DNA of 64,000 nucleotides, from positions 320,001-384,000 of the forward strand of contig OY969801.1 in assembly GCA_963703225.1 (NCBI GenBank), read 5' to 3'. Made by a program: the position numbers and the translations under genes. Positions 40,660 to 50,403 of this stretch are shown piece after piece (the stretch's first letter is position 1; every line of letters starts with the position of its first letter). The notes under the pieces were generated by a model. It was not told where the DNA came from. It ran no database searches and saw only the letters and a list, made by a program, of their open reading frames with translations. This DNA is from Candidatus Eiseniibacteriota bacterium (lineage in GTDB: Bacteria > Eisenbacteria > RBG-16-71-46 > SZUA-252).

Positions 40660-42846
40660 CTACCGCGCCGTGCGATGCGCGTTGGTGATGTGGGTCCAGG
40701 AGCCCCGGTCGCTGTAGGTCACGCCGTAGTGCTCGCCCATGTAGGCTTGGAACTGCGCCGTGGAAACCTTCTTCCAGTCTCCGAACGCCTCGGGATGCTC
40801 CGAGAGGAGCCAGTTGATGTCCTGCGTCATCTCGAGTCCCGCGGCGCCATTCACGATGTAGGTCGGCACCTGCGCGCAATTCTGGCGCCAGAGGTCGAGC
40901 TGGATCTTTAGCTTGTCGTAGATCGCGCGCCCGAGCGTCTTGTCCCCGCGCCCCAGCTTGGTGACGTCGCCCTTTTCGGCGGCGCGGACCGCTTCGACCA
41001 ATTTCTCGCCCACGATCCCGTAGGTCATGAGAAGCCCGCTGAAATCGGGGTACGCGTTGTAGAGCGGCTCGTACTTTCCTCCCGGCGTGCGGCCGATCAA
41101 GAGCCATTGCATCGCCTCGTCGGCGGGGACCCGCTTCACGCAGAAGTCGAGATTGGGATTTCGCTCCAGAAAGACGTTCGCCGCGATCGGCCGGGACGTC
41201 CGGTCGTAGAGCAGATGTCCCCAGGTCGGATCGTAGAAGATCCGCTCCGGGAAGTAGTCGTGCGTGATCCGGCCGAGCTGGTCGATCGAGCGGGCGCCGC
41301 CGAAATCGGCTGTCACGTTCTCCAAGATCGGCGTGTTCTCGGCGAGCACGAACTTGAGTCCGGGGAAGCCGCCGGTGCGGGCATAGAGGCAGCGCTCCGT
41401 CGACCAGAAGACCCAGCCCCTCTTCTCGTCGTGCAAGATTTCGATCCAGTCCTCCTGGCACAGAATTCCGACATTCGGGAAGACGCGGTCCAGCTCGGAC
41501 TCCAGCTCCACACCGTCCTTTCCTTCCCGCTCCAGGTCGAGCCGGTAGCGCCGCTTCAGCTCCTCGCGGCGGTAGCGCTCGTTCTTCTCGGCCCAGAACG
41601 CGCCGGCGGTGGTCTTACCGGTACCGGTCGGACCGGTGAACGTGGTCGCGGTGCCCTTCCGATTCAGGACCGCCGCCCCCGCGTGGGCCGAGATGATGTC
41701 GACCTGCGAGAGGATCGCCATCAACGGCGAGAGCACGCCGCGGCTCTTCACCTCGCCGTGGTAATCGGTGTTGACGGTCATGATGGTGACGATCTCGCCC
41801 AATTCCTTGAGCGGCGCGAAATAGACAAAGTTCGAGGTGACGACCGCGTTCGAATCGGGATCCCAGAGGCGCGAGTCTTTGAGCTTCTTGGGCAATCCCA
41901 GCTTCTCCGCGGAAACGCGCGCGCGCTTCAGCTTGAGCAGGAATCCCCGGTATTCCGCCTCGGTCCGGGGCACCCCCATCAGGGAGAGAATGGTGACGTG
42001 CGGGGCGCGCTTTCCGCCGCGGGCCTTGAAGCGCTCGTCGATCGCCTTGGCGATCACCTTCATCTCCGCGTCGTCGGGCGGGAAGAAATTCACCTGCGAC
42101 GTCCGCTTGAGATAGGGAACGTTTCCCTTCTGCGTGTACTGGACGCCGGCGCAGCTGAAGTGGGAGATCAGCGTCTTCTTCTTCTCCACCGCTTCCAGCG
42201 CGCGCAGCCACCCTTGGGCTTCCTTGACGTCCGCGCGATGCTCGTCGTAGATCGTCCGCGTCACCAGCCGCTTCGCGCGCCCGGTGATCACCGTGTTGAA
42301 CGAGTTGAGGACCGGCCCCACCGTCGGGTCCTTCTGCTTTGGATCGCGCCGCAGCAGGATGTCGCCGCGATCGTTCACGCCCAGCTCGCCGATCCCGGCG
42401 AACAACTTCAGATAGAGACCGTGGTCGTAGACCAGCTCGCCCAAAGGAAGCATGAGGCCGTCAAAATTCTTGGGATTCTCGCGGGAGCGGTGGATCACGT
42501 CGAAGGGCGCGATCCACCGCTCCTGCTCGGTCACTCCGTCGGGTCCCAGCACGCGGAAACGCCGCCCGACGTTGTAGAGCGGGATGCCGGCCGTGCGAAA
42601 CTGCGCTAGGGAAAGCGCGTCCTCGCGCACGAAGACGATCTCGCCGGAGCGGTCCCGGATCACGCGCTTCGAGCCCTTTCGGTCGCGCGCGTTCAGGAAC
42701 GGCTCCAGGTGGACGGTCGGATAGGGATGCTTGGTCACTTCGGCTCCTCGCGGTTCCTTTGTGGAAGGATGAGCTGCGGCGGGAGACATCGACGCGGTGG
42801 GCGCCTCCATCGTCGTGGAGCCCGCCGGGCTGGCCAGCTTCTTCAC
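40660..42846 (-). CDS. Divergent PEP carboxykinase (ATP)-like P-loop protein
   Basis: RBS GGAGG before GTG 42846; AHAGAAV...FTGPTGTGKTT...ILCQEDW...TERCLYART...ILENV follows the motif order of ATP-PEPCK. Confidence 0.55.
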   Translation of the reverse strand: MKKLASPAGSTTMEAPTASMSPAAAHPSTKEPRGAEVTKHPYPTVHLEPFLNARDRKGSKRVIRDRSGEIVFVREDALSLAQFRTAGIPLYNVGRRFRVLGPDGVTEQERWIAPFDVIHRSRENPKNFDGLMLPLGELVYDHGLYLKLFAGIGELGVNDRGDILLRRDPKQKDPTVGPVLNSFNTVITGRAKRLVTRTIYDEHRADVKEAQGWLRALEAVEKKKTLISHFSCAGVQYTQKGNVPYLKRTSQVNFFPPDDAEMKVIAKAIDERFKARGGKRAPHVTILSLMGVPRTEAEYRGFLLKLKRARVSAEKLGLPKKLKDSRLWDPDSNAVVTSNFVYFAPLKELGEIVTIMTVNTDYHGEVKSRGVLSPLMAILSQVDIISAHAGAAVLNRKGTATTFTGPTGTGKTTAGAFWAEKNERYRREELKRRYRLDLEREGKDGVELESELDRVFPNVGILCQEDWIEILHDEKRGWVFWSTERCLYARTGGFPGLKFVLAENTPILENVTADFGGARSIDQLGRITHDYFPERIFYDPTWGHLLYDRTSRPIAANVFLERNPNLDFCVKRVPADEAMQWLLIGRTPGGKYEPLYNAYPDFSGLLMTYGIVGEKLVEAVRAAEKGDVTKLGRGDKTLGRAIYDKLKIQLDLWRQNCAQVPTYIVNGAAGLEMTQDINWLLSEHPEAFGDWKKVSTAQFQAYMGEHYGVTYSDRGSWTHITNAHRTAR

Positions 42847-42883
42847 TTCAACCTCCCTCGGATCTTTGGGATCTTGGGTCACG

Positions 42884-44662
42884 TCAATCGCGCCAGGGTT
42901 GATGGCGATTCGTGATCGGTAGTCGGCGATCCTTGCCCAGGGCTCGCGGTGTAATCCGGATGCCCGGCGGCGCCTGACGGCGCTTGTACTCGGCGCGGTC
43001 GACCATTCGGATGACACGTTGGACGAGGGCGCGATCGTATCCCATTGCGACGATTCGCTCCACCTCCCAGTCCTCCTCGACGTAGGCCTTCAAGATCGGG
43101 TCGAGCACCTCGTAAGGGGGAAGGGTATCCGTATCCTTTTGACCCGGGCGCAGTTCCGCCGTCGGCTCCCGGTCGATCGTCCGTTTGGGGATCCAGGGCC
43201 GGGCGCCCGGCGCGCCGTTCCGATAGCGGGCGATCTCGTAGATCAGCGTCTTCGGAACGTCCTTGAGCACCGCGAACCCGCCCGCCATGTCGCCGTAGAG
43301 CGTGGTGTACCCGACCGAATACTCGCTCTTGTTGCCGGTTGTAAGAACGAGCCAGCCGAACTTGTTCGAGAGCGCCATCAGCATGTTGCCCCGGACGCGC
43401 GACTGAATGTTCTCTTCGGTCACGTCCTCCGGCATCCCCGAGAAGACGGGCGCGAGCGTCTTCTTGTACGCCTCCATCTCGTCGGTGATCGGCAGCGTCA
43501 GGAATTGAATGCCCAGATTCTTGGCGAGGGCGGCGGCATCCTCCGCGCTCTCGCTCGCCGTGAACGGCGAGGGCATGAAGACCCCGGTCACGGACGAAGC
43601 GTCGAGCGCGTCCACCGCGACCGAGGCGGTCAACGCCGAATCGATGCCCCCACTCAATCCGAGCAGCACGTGGGTGAAGTCGTTCTTGCGGACGTAGTCG
43701 TGCGTGCCGAGGATCAGCGCCTTGTAGACTTCCTGGGACCCCGCCGGCGTCTCGATGGGGCGGGGCTTGAGGGCGGGGCGCGCCGGCTCCGGCACGGGAC
43801 GAAGCTGCACCACGGGGAACTGCGACCCCGGCTCCTCGCGCTGCGACATCTCGCGGCTGCGCGGATCTCTAAGTCGAGCGCTGAACACATCGTCGAGGTC
43901 GATGTCGAGGACCACCAGATCCTCTTCGAACGCCTTGGCGCGCGCGAGGCATTCGCCGCGGGGGCCGAAGACGCGGCTGTTCCCGTCAAAGACCAGCTCG
44001 TCCTGCCCGCCGACCGTGTTGACGAACGCGACGATCGAAACCCCGTCCATGGCGCGCGTGGCGAGCATCCGATCGCGCCCCACGCTCTTGGCCATGTGAA
44101 ACGGCGACGAGGAGAGGTTGATCACCAGCTCCGCGTCCCCGTAGACCGCGAGCTGGGTCGGATTGGAAGGAAGCCAGATGTCCTCGCAGATATTGACCCC
44201 AAAGGTGAGCGGGCCTCGCTTGCAGACGAAGGGGTTTCGCCCGGGACGGAAGTAGCGGAACTCGTCGAAGACCGCGTAATTGGGGAGGTGGCTCTTGTGG
44301 TAGACGCCGGCGATCTCCCCGTCGTGGGCGATCGCGGCCGCGTTGTAGACGTCCTCGGCCCGCTGGGCGAAGCCGATGATGGCGGTAATCCCCTTGGTGG
44401 CCCGAGTGACCTCTTCCAGCGCCGCCTGGTTCTGATCGATGAACTCCGGGCGGAGGAGGAGATCTTCGGGCGGGTAGCCGGTGAGCACGAGTTCCGGAAA
44501 GGCGACCAGCTCCGCCCCCATATCGCGTGCACGGCCGAGGAACTCAATGACCCGCTTGGCATTTCCCGGCAGGTCGCCTACGGTCGGGTTGATTTGCGCG
44601 AGAGCGATGCGGACGACGCGGGACGAGCCACCGCGGGGGCGCGGTGCTTTCGTGGGGCTCAT
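42884..44662 (-). CDS. nadE: Glutamine-dependent NAD+ synthetase
   Basis: Nitrilase domain (FPEL, K..LPNY.VFDE, ICEDIW) plus GLSGGIDSA, TGNKSE, PTAEL, EYKRRQ. Confidence 0.95.
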   Translation of the reverse strand: MSPTKAPRPRGGSSRVVRIALAQINPTVGDLPGNAKRVIEFLGRARDMGAELVAFPELVLTGYPPEDLLLRPEFIDQNQAALEEVTRATKGITAIIGFAQRAEDVYNAAAIAHDGEIAGVYHKSHLPNYAVFDEFRYFRPGRNPFVCKRGPLTFGVNICEDIWLPSNPTQLAVYGDAELVINLSSSPFHMAKSVGRDRMLATRAMDGVSIVAFVNTVGGQDELVFDGNSRVFGPRGECLARAKAFEEDLVVLDIDLDDVFSARLRDPRSREMSQREEPGSQFPVVQLRPVPEPARPALKPRPIETPAGSQEVYKALILGTHDYVRKNDFTHVLLGLSGGIDSALTASVAVDALDASSVTGVFMPSPFTASESAEDAAALAKNLGIQFLTLPITDEMEAYKKTLAPVFSGMPEDVTEENIQSRVRGNMLMALSNKFGWLVLTTGNKSEYSVGYTTLYGDMAGGFAVLKDVPKTLIYEIARYRNGAPGARPWIPKRTIDREPTAELRPGQKDTDTLPPYEVLDPILKAYVEEDWEVERIVAMGYDRALVQRVIRMVDRAEYKRRQAPPGIRITPRALGKDRRLPITNRHQPWRD

Positions 44663-44746
44663 ACGGTCATGCTACCACGGTGGTAGGCTCCCCGCCACCG
44701 GACGAGGGCTGCGCGCGGCTTCCGGTACTTGGGTATAATCGACGCT

Positions 44747-45286
44747 ATGACAAGAGATTCCGTGGTTGTCTTTGGGAGCAGCCAGGCCTCGCGGGATTCA
44801 ACCCACTACCGCTTGGCCGGGGAGTTGGGGGCCGCGCTCGCCCGGCGCGGGGCCGAAGTGCGCTGCGGTGGATATGGCGGCGTCATGGAGGCGGTGGCGA
44901 TCGGGGCGAAGAGCGAGGGCGGGCGCGTGTTCGGCTGCACGCTGAAGTGGTTCTCCGAGAGCCGCACTCCGAACAGTCACCTGGATCAGGTCCACGAGGC
45001 GGCCAATCTGCATACCCGGATCGAGTGTCTGCTCCGAGGCACGCGGGGCGCGGTCGTCTTACCCGGGGGCGTCGGAACGATGAACGAGCTGTTCTGGGTT
45101 TGGACCATGTTGCTCCTGGACCGCGACGAGGGGCCGCAGTCGATCGCGCTCTTGGGAGAGCCCTGGCCAGAGTTGATGAGCGTCCTGAGCCGGAGCTTTG
45201 AGTTCGACAATCCGATCCGATCGTTGGTGAGTTTGGCTGAGACGGCGGATGAGGCGGTCACGATCGTGTTGGGTGCGAGTGCGTAG
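44747..45286 (+). CDS. LOG family nucleotide-binding protein
   Basis: VFGSS, CGGYGGVMEA, LPGGVGTMNEL. Confidence 0.85.
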   Translation: MTRDSVVVFGSSQASRDSTHYRLAGELGAALARRGAEVRCGGYGGVMEAVAIGAKSEGGRVFGCTLKWFSESRTPNSHLDQVHEAANLHTRIECLLRGTRGAVVLPGGVGTMNELFWVWTMLLLDRDEGPQSIALLGEPWPELMSVLSRSFEFDNPIRSLVSLAETADEAVTIVLGASA

Positions 45287-45314
45287 CGCACCGACGAGGG
45301 TTCTCGATACGGCC

Positions 45315-46405
45315 ATGGCTGGTGCGGGAGAGCCGGTCAACTTTGCGAAGAGGGCGATTGACGCGTTCGCGCAACAGGCCCTGCGAATACCTGCCTATGG
45401 TGCGTTCGTCCGCTCCTTGGGGCTCGATGGGCCAGGCGTGTCCGACTGGCGCGCCATTCCGCCGGTGCCGACCTCGGCGTTCAAGTCGCACGATTTGAGC
45501 GCGGCGGCGCCGGGAAGCGAGGTCGTGGTGTTCGAAACGAGCGGAACGACGATTTCCAGGCCGGGTCGTGTTCGTCTGAGCTCGACTGAACTCTACGAGG
45601 CATCTCTCCTCAAGAATTTCGAAACCCATCTGCTCCCGGACGGCGCTCACCTCCATGCGATTATCTTCGGACCGACCCGCGCCGAGTCACCGCGATCCTC
45701 TCTCTGGTTCATGGTCGACCGGATCGTCGAGCGTCTGACGGCGGGTGGAACCTGGATCGTGCGCGATGGAGAGCCGCGGTGGGAAATCGCCGATGCCGCT
45801 CTGGAGCACGCCGCCGCGGAGGGGAAGCCGCTCCTGCTTCTGGGCACCACGCTCCTCTACATGGCCTACCTCGAGCGGCTCGAGGGCCTGCGTAAGAGCT
45901 TTGCCCTTCCCTCAGGCTCGCGCGCGATGGACACCGGCGGGGCGAAGGGGCAACGCGCTGAATTCGCGCGCGCCGAGGTCGAGGCCGGCTTCGCGCGCCA
46001 TCTCGGCATTCCGCCGACGCACCTCGTCAACGAGTACGGCATGGCCGAGATGGGAAGCCAGTTCTACGACGACAATCTCATCGCCGCGCACGAGGGCCGC
46101 GCGCCGCGACCCGGCAAGCAGATTCCACCCTGGGTGCGTACGCGCGTGCTCCATCCCGAGACCTGGAAGAGCAGCCGGACGGCGAGCGCGGCATCCTCGT
46201 CCACTACGACCTCGCGAATCTGGAGATCCCGCTCGCGATCCAGACGGAGGACGTCGGAAGCCGCATCGGGGATCGCCTGTTCCTCGAAGGGCGGCTCCTC
46301 GGAGCGGAAGCGCGTGGATGTTCGCTCGCGTTCGAACAATTCTTGCGACGGGAGCGACCGGCCGGCCGCCAAGCCGGGACCCAAACGCCCGAGGCGCGGC
46401 GATGA
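45315..46405 (+). CDS. LuxE-like acyl-protein synthetase, 1-bp deletion at about 46162
   Basis: FETSGTT, MDTGGAKG, NEYGMAEMGSQ; shifted frame continues GILVHYDLANL...IQTEDVG...GAEARGCSL, with the stop overlapping the next ATG. Confidence 0.8.
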
Positions 46406-47922
46406 CCTCCGCCTTCTACCTGCCGCTCGGCTTGGAAGAGGGTCTCGAGACCTCGATCCAGCGCTTCGGTCCGCCGCACGACGCGCTCGAGCTTCATCTC
46501 CCGGTCGTCGGTCCCGACGACCTCCTCCGTTGGATCGAGTCGCTTCGGAATGCGCGCGAGGAGCATCTCGCGCGAAGGCCGATCGCGGCGATCATCAAAT
46601 CGCTCGACCGCGTCGCGCGCCGCTTCCTCGACCCGAGGGACTCGGCGCGCCGCGAGGCCGTGGAGTCGCTCTCCCGAGCCGGCCGCTTCACCGCGCCGAT
46701 GATGGAGCGCGCGTTGGACGACGCCTTCCAGCCGATCACGCGCGGGGGGCTCGCGAAATGGATCCAATCCGAGCTGGGCTCGATCCAGGCGCTCGACCGG
46801 CCCGCGCCAGGGCCGGGCGGAACGCTCCGCCGCGCCCACGGCCCGGAATGGATGCTGCAGATCTACGCGGGGAACATTCCGACACTCCCGATCTGGCCGA
46901 TCTACTCGGCGCTCCTTCTCAAGGCGGCTCTCCTCGCGAAGACCTCCGCGCAGGAGCCGCTCATGGGCCCGCTCCTCGCGCGGACGATCGCGGAGGAGGA
47001 CGAGAACCTCGGCGCCTGTCTTGCGGTCGTCTGGTGGAAGGGAGGATCGAGCGATCTGGACCGGACGGCGCTCTCGCTCGCGCCCGCCGTGCTCGCGTTC
47101 GGCGGGGAGGAAGCGATGGCGAGCGTGGGGAGACAAGCCCAACGCGACGCCGTGCGCGTGCTGCACGGCCCCAAGGTGAGCTTGGCCTACGTCGAGCGGC
47201 GCGCCCTCAACTACACGGCGCTCCGGGGTCTCGCGGCCCGCGCCGCGCTCGACGTTTCACTCTACGATCAGCAGGGCTGCCTTTCGCCGCACGCCTTCTA
47301 TGTCGAGCGTCGTGGCGAGGTGCCGCCCGCGAAATTCGCCGCCGCGCTCGCCGCGGCGCTGGAGTCTCGGGCGCACGAGCTGCCGCGCGGTATTGTCGCC
47401 GCCGAGGACGCGGCCCGCGTTCAGCTCTTCCGCGCGCAGGCGCGGTTTGAGGCGGCCGGTGCGGGCGCAACGGGTGGATCGATCGGCTCCGAAATCGCGA
47501 TCGGCGTCCCGAGGATGGCCGCCGGTCTTGGGGCGACGCGGGTCATTGAGTCGCCCGGCGCGACCACATGGACCGTCGTGCTCGAGGAGGGAGCCCGCTT
47601 TGAGCCGGGGCCGACGCATCGGACCGTCCGCGTTCACGCCGTCGACGGGCCCGAGGAGCTGGCGCGCGCTCTCCGCGAATCGGCCCGTTACATCGAGGCG
47701 ATCGGCCTCGAGGCGCGTGGTCCGGAACGCGCGCGTCTCGCCGCCGCGTTCACCTCGCTCGGGATACCGCGCATCGCGCCGATCGGCCAACTCCAGCGCC
47801 CGAGCCCGCTCGGAACGCATGGGGGCGTCCGCCGGCTTTCGCCCTTCGTTACATGGTCGACGGTGGAGGAAAGCCGGGTGACGGCGGGATCGCGGCAGAG
47901 AACGTCAAAACAGCGCCCCTGA
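46402..47922 (+). CDS. LuxC-like acyl-CoA reductase
   Basis: IYAGNIP, AFGGEEA, HGPKVS, DVSLYDQQGCLSPH (catalytic Cys), RIAPIGQLQRP...HGG. Confidence 0.82.
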   Translation: MTSAFYLPLGLEEGLETSIQRFGPPHDALELHLPVVGPDDLLRWIESLRNAREEHLARRPIAAIIKSLDRVARRFLDPRDSARREAVESLSRAGRFTAPMMERALDDAFQPITRGGLAKWIQSELGSIQALDRPAPGPGGTLRRAHGPEWMLQIYAGNIPTLPIWPIYSALLLKAALLAKTSAQEPLMGPLLARTIAEEDENLGACLAVVWWKGGSSDLDRTALSLAPAVLAFGGEEAMASVGRQAQRDAVRVLHGPKVSLAYVERRALNYTALRGLAARAALDVSLYDQQGCLSPHAFYVERRGEVPPAKFAAALAAALESRAHELPRGIVAAEDAARVQLFRAQARFEAAGAGATGGSIGSEIAIGVPRMAAGLGATRVIESPGATTWTVVLEEGARFEPGPTHRTVRVHAVDGPEELARALRESARYIEAIGLEARGPERARLAAAFTSLGIPRIAPIGQLQRPSPLGTHGGVRRLSPFVTWSTVEESRVTAGSRQRTSKQRP

Positions 47923-47973
47923 TCCTCGCACACCGCCCCTGATCCTCACCCGCCGCCCCTGATTCTCACCCAG
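47914..47973. repeat. Three imperfect 20-bp tandem repeats
   Basis: cgcccctgatcctcgcacac / cgcccctgatcctcacccgc / cgcccctgattctcacccag. Confidence 0.85.
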
Positions 47974-48005
47974 CTCCGCGCCGCCGGTGCGTAGTACGCG
48001 ATCAA

Positions 48006-48386
48006 CTACGGCTTTACTTCCAGGGTCGCGGTCATCGACGGGTGGAATCGGCATTCGTACGCAAACGTGCCCGCGGTACCCATCGTGATCGGCGCGCTGG
48101 TGCTTCCCGGGCTGATATCGACGGTCCATGCGCCGCCGGCGGCGGTGGAGGAGTGGGTCAGCCCGCGGTTGTTTTTCCAGGAGACCGTCTGGCCCACGGT
48201 CACCGTGTCCGGGCTCGGCGAGAAGGCGCCGGCACCCATGTCGGCCACGATGTTGATCGTCACGTCGGCGGCGGTACCCGGATTCATCGGGTTCTTCTTA
48301 TCGTCGCCACCCCCGCACCCGTGGAGCGCGAACGCTCCGAGCAGTGCGAGCAAGCCAGCCAATCCCCATCGATGCGATCTCTTCAT
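48006..48386 (-). CDS. Plastocyanin/amicyanin-like cupredoxin lipoprotein
   Basis: Lipobox LHGC; FSPSP..V.VGQTVSW, His in THSST, YECRFHPSM type-1 copper ligands. Confidence 0.85.
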   Translation of the reverse strand: MKRSHRWGLAGLLALLGAFALHGCGGGDDKKNPMNPGTAADVTINIVADMGAGAFSPSPDTVTVGQTVSWKNNRGLTHSSTAAGGAWTVDISPGSTSAPITMGTAGTFAYECRFHPSMTATLEVKP

Positions 48387-48568
48387 GGCAACCCTCCGAG
48401 AGCAGGCATGAACCCGGCATGGACCACTTTAGATGCCCGCCCCCGCGAGCTTGACCCAGACCATATTACATCGGCACATTTGGCGCACGCATGATCCACC
48501 TAATTTGTGTAACTACAGTCACTTATAATCAGAGTTGGAGAGCCAGTCAGTCCTGCCGATGAATGGGC

Positions 48569-48598
48569 TAGACTCTGACGTGCGCGTAAGGGTATGAT
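48569..48598 (+). promoter_or_regulatory. MerR-type promoter/operator upstream of merR-suf operon
   Basis: TAGACT-18 nt-TATGAT with imperfect dyad ACTCTGACGTGCGCGTAAGGGT in the spacer. Confidence 0.6.
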
Positions 48599-48626
48599 CC
48601 GAAGCGAGGATCTGGGGGGAAATTCC

Positions 48627-49160
48627 ATGGATACAACGAGTCCGAAGCTTTTGAAGGTTGGAGACCTCGCGCGCCGTACCGGCAAGTCGGTTCGCGCCCT
48701 TCACCTTTATGAAGAGCTGGGTTTGCTCAATCCCAAGGCTCGCTCGCACGGGGGATTTCGCCTTTACGACGAGTCGGCCTACACGCGGATTCGCTGGATC
48801 GAGCTTCTTCAGGACAGCGGCTTCTCGCTCCACCAGATTCAGGACTTGCTGCAAGCGTGGCATGGCACCCGGTATGGGCCGGACGCGATGGCCTCGGTTC
48901 GAGGCATTTTCGAAAAACGCCTCGCCGAGACGCGCCAGGCGATCGAGCGCTACCGAGACCTCGAGAAGGAGCTGGAAGGCTCGCTGGAGTACCTCAATAC
49001 CTGCCAGCAATGCAGGCCGCCCCGCACCACGTCGGAGGACTGCCCGCATTGCCCGGAGGATCACGGAATGAAGACGGAGCCCGCGCTCGTCGCGGGCTTC
49101 CATACGGGACCGCCTCCCGCGGGGTCGATCCCGCTGCACGCGGATTCGGAGAACGCATGA
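48627..49160 (+). CDS. MerR-family regulator with C-terminal CxxC-x9-CxxC
   Basis: KVGDLARRTGKSVRALHLYEELGLL..RSHGGFRLY; CQQC...CPHC...H. Confidence 0.9.
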   Translation: MDTTSPKLLKVGDLARRTGKSVRALHLYEELGLLNPKARSHGGFRLYDESAYTRIRWIELLQDSGFSLHQIQDLLQAWHGTRYGPDAMASVRGIFEKRLAETRQAIERYRDLEKELEGSLEYLNTCQQCRPPRTTSEDCPHCPEDHGMKTEPALVAGFHTGPPPAGSIPLHADSENA

Positions 49161-49537
49161 GCGAAACGGAAGCGCGACCCGGCATGGAGTCGTCCGAGAA
49201 GACAGCCTCCCGAACCATCGCGCTGACCCCATCCGCGGTCGAGTGGGTGAAGCGGGTTCGTACGAAGGAGGGGAAAGCGGGGCAAGCGCTCCGGCTGGGC
49301 GTCAAGGCGGGTGGGTGCTCCGGCTACAGCTATTTCATGGGGTTCACGACCGCCGAGCGGCCGGGGGATCTCGTCCTCGCGTACGACGGGTTGACCGTCT
49401 ACGTCGATCCTCGGTCCCTCGAGATTCTCGATGGCACGACGGTCGACTACGAGCGTGGGCTGCTCGGGAGCGGCATCCAGTTCAAGAATCCACGCGTCAA
49501 AAAGTCGTGCGGATGCGGGGAGAGCTTCAGCTTATAA
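49157..49537 (+). CDS. sufA: A-type Fe-S carrier (HesB/IscA/SufA)
   Basis: GGCSGYSY and CGCGESF. Confidence 0.9.
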   Translation: MSETEARPGMESSEKTASRTIALTPSAVEWVKRVRTKEGKAGQALRLGVKAGGCSGYSYFMGFTTAERPGDLVLAYDGLTVYVDPRSLEILDGTTVDYERGLLGSGIQFKNPRVKKSCGCGESFSL

Positions 49538-49604
49538 CGACGGGCCTCCGGGCCCGCTGACCGACCGCGGCTCACGCCGCGGCCTTGACCACGGGAAGGA
49601 GACA

Positions 49605-50375
49605 ATGAGCGCCAACGCGACGCTGGAAATTCAGAACCTGCACGTTTCCGTCGAGGGGAAGCCGATCTTGAAGGGCCTCTCCCTCAGCGTGAAGAAGGGT
49701 GAGATCCACGCCCTCATGGGACCGAACGGCTCGGGCAAGAGCACGCTCGCCAACGCCCTCATGGGGAACCCCAAGTACGAGGTGACGGAGGGGAAGATCC
49801 TCCTGAACGGGAAAGACCTTCTGGAGATGGGCGCGGACGAGCGGGGCCGGAACGGCCTCTTCCTCGCGTTTCAGTATCCGACGGCGATCCCGGGCGTCAG
49901 CGTCGCCAACTTCCTCCGCATGGCCCTGACCGCGCGCCGGAAGGAGATGGGGGAGGAGAAGCCACTTCCACCCAAGGAATTCCGCGCGCTCATGAAGGAG
50001 AAGATGGCGCTCCTCAAGATGGACGACTCCTTCGCGGGTCGCTACATCAACGACGGGTTCTCGGGCGGCGAGAAGAAGCGCGCCGAGATTCTCCAGATGG
50101 CGGTTCTCAAGCCGGAAATCGCGATCCTCGACGAGACCGACTCGGGGCTCGACATCGACGCGCTGCGAATCGTCTCGGAGGGCGTGAATGCGCTCGCCGG
50201 TCCCGATCTCGGTGTGCTCTTGATCACGCACTATCAGCGGATCCTGAATTACATCAAGCCGCAGTTCGTCCACGTATTGGTCGACGGTCGCCTTGTCAAA
50301 TCGGGCGGCCCGGAGCTGGCGCACGAGCTTGAAGCACAGGGCTACGATTGGGTCCGGGAAGGCCAGGCCGCGTGA
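49605..50375 (+). CDS. sufC: Fe-S assembly ATPase SufC
   Basis: [36 protein letters not shown]. Confidence 0.96.
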   Translation: MSANATLEIQNLHVSVEGKPILKGLSLSVKKGEIHALMGPNGSGKSTLANALMGNPKYEVTEGKILLNGKDLLEMGADERGRNGLFLAFQYPTAIPGVSVANFLRMALTARRKEMGEEKPLPPKEFRALMKEKMALLKMDDSFAGRYINDGFSGGEKKRAEILQMAVLKPEIAILDETDSGLDIDALRIVSEGVNALAGPDLGVLLITHYQRILNYIKPQFVHVLVDGRLVKSGGPELAHELEAQGYDWVREGQAA

Positions 50376-50403
50376 CGGCACGCGCGACGAAGGAGATCAC
50401 GTC

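Noticed and set aside
41107..44686. Long antisense ORFs (e.g. 41107-42609 +, 43019-44686 +; likewise 115-1515 -, 25595-27271 +, 50296-51786 -)
   Set aside because: Shadow ORFs opposite well-supported genes in high-GC DNA, with no recognisable motifs.
46150..46175. Programmed ribosomal frameshift in luxE-like gene (and in other split genes)
   Set aside because: No slippery heptamer or stimulatory structure seen; the number of similar breaks in the window favours sequencing error.
45249..47450. 733-aa ORF as a LuxE fusion protein
   Set aside because: The tail after about 46162 is out-of-frame read-through caused by a 1-bp deletion; the real LuxE C-terminus is in another frame.
45315..47922. 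Bioluminescence operon
   Set aside because: No luxA, luxB or luxD in the window.
47914..47973. Mini-CRISPR array
   Set aside because: Repeats are contiguous 20-mers with no spacer-length unique sequence, and there are no cas genes in the window.
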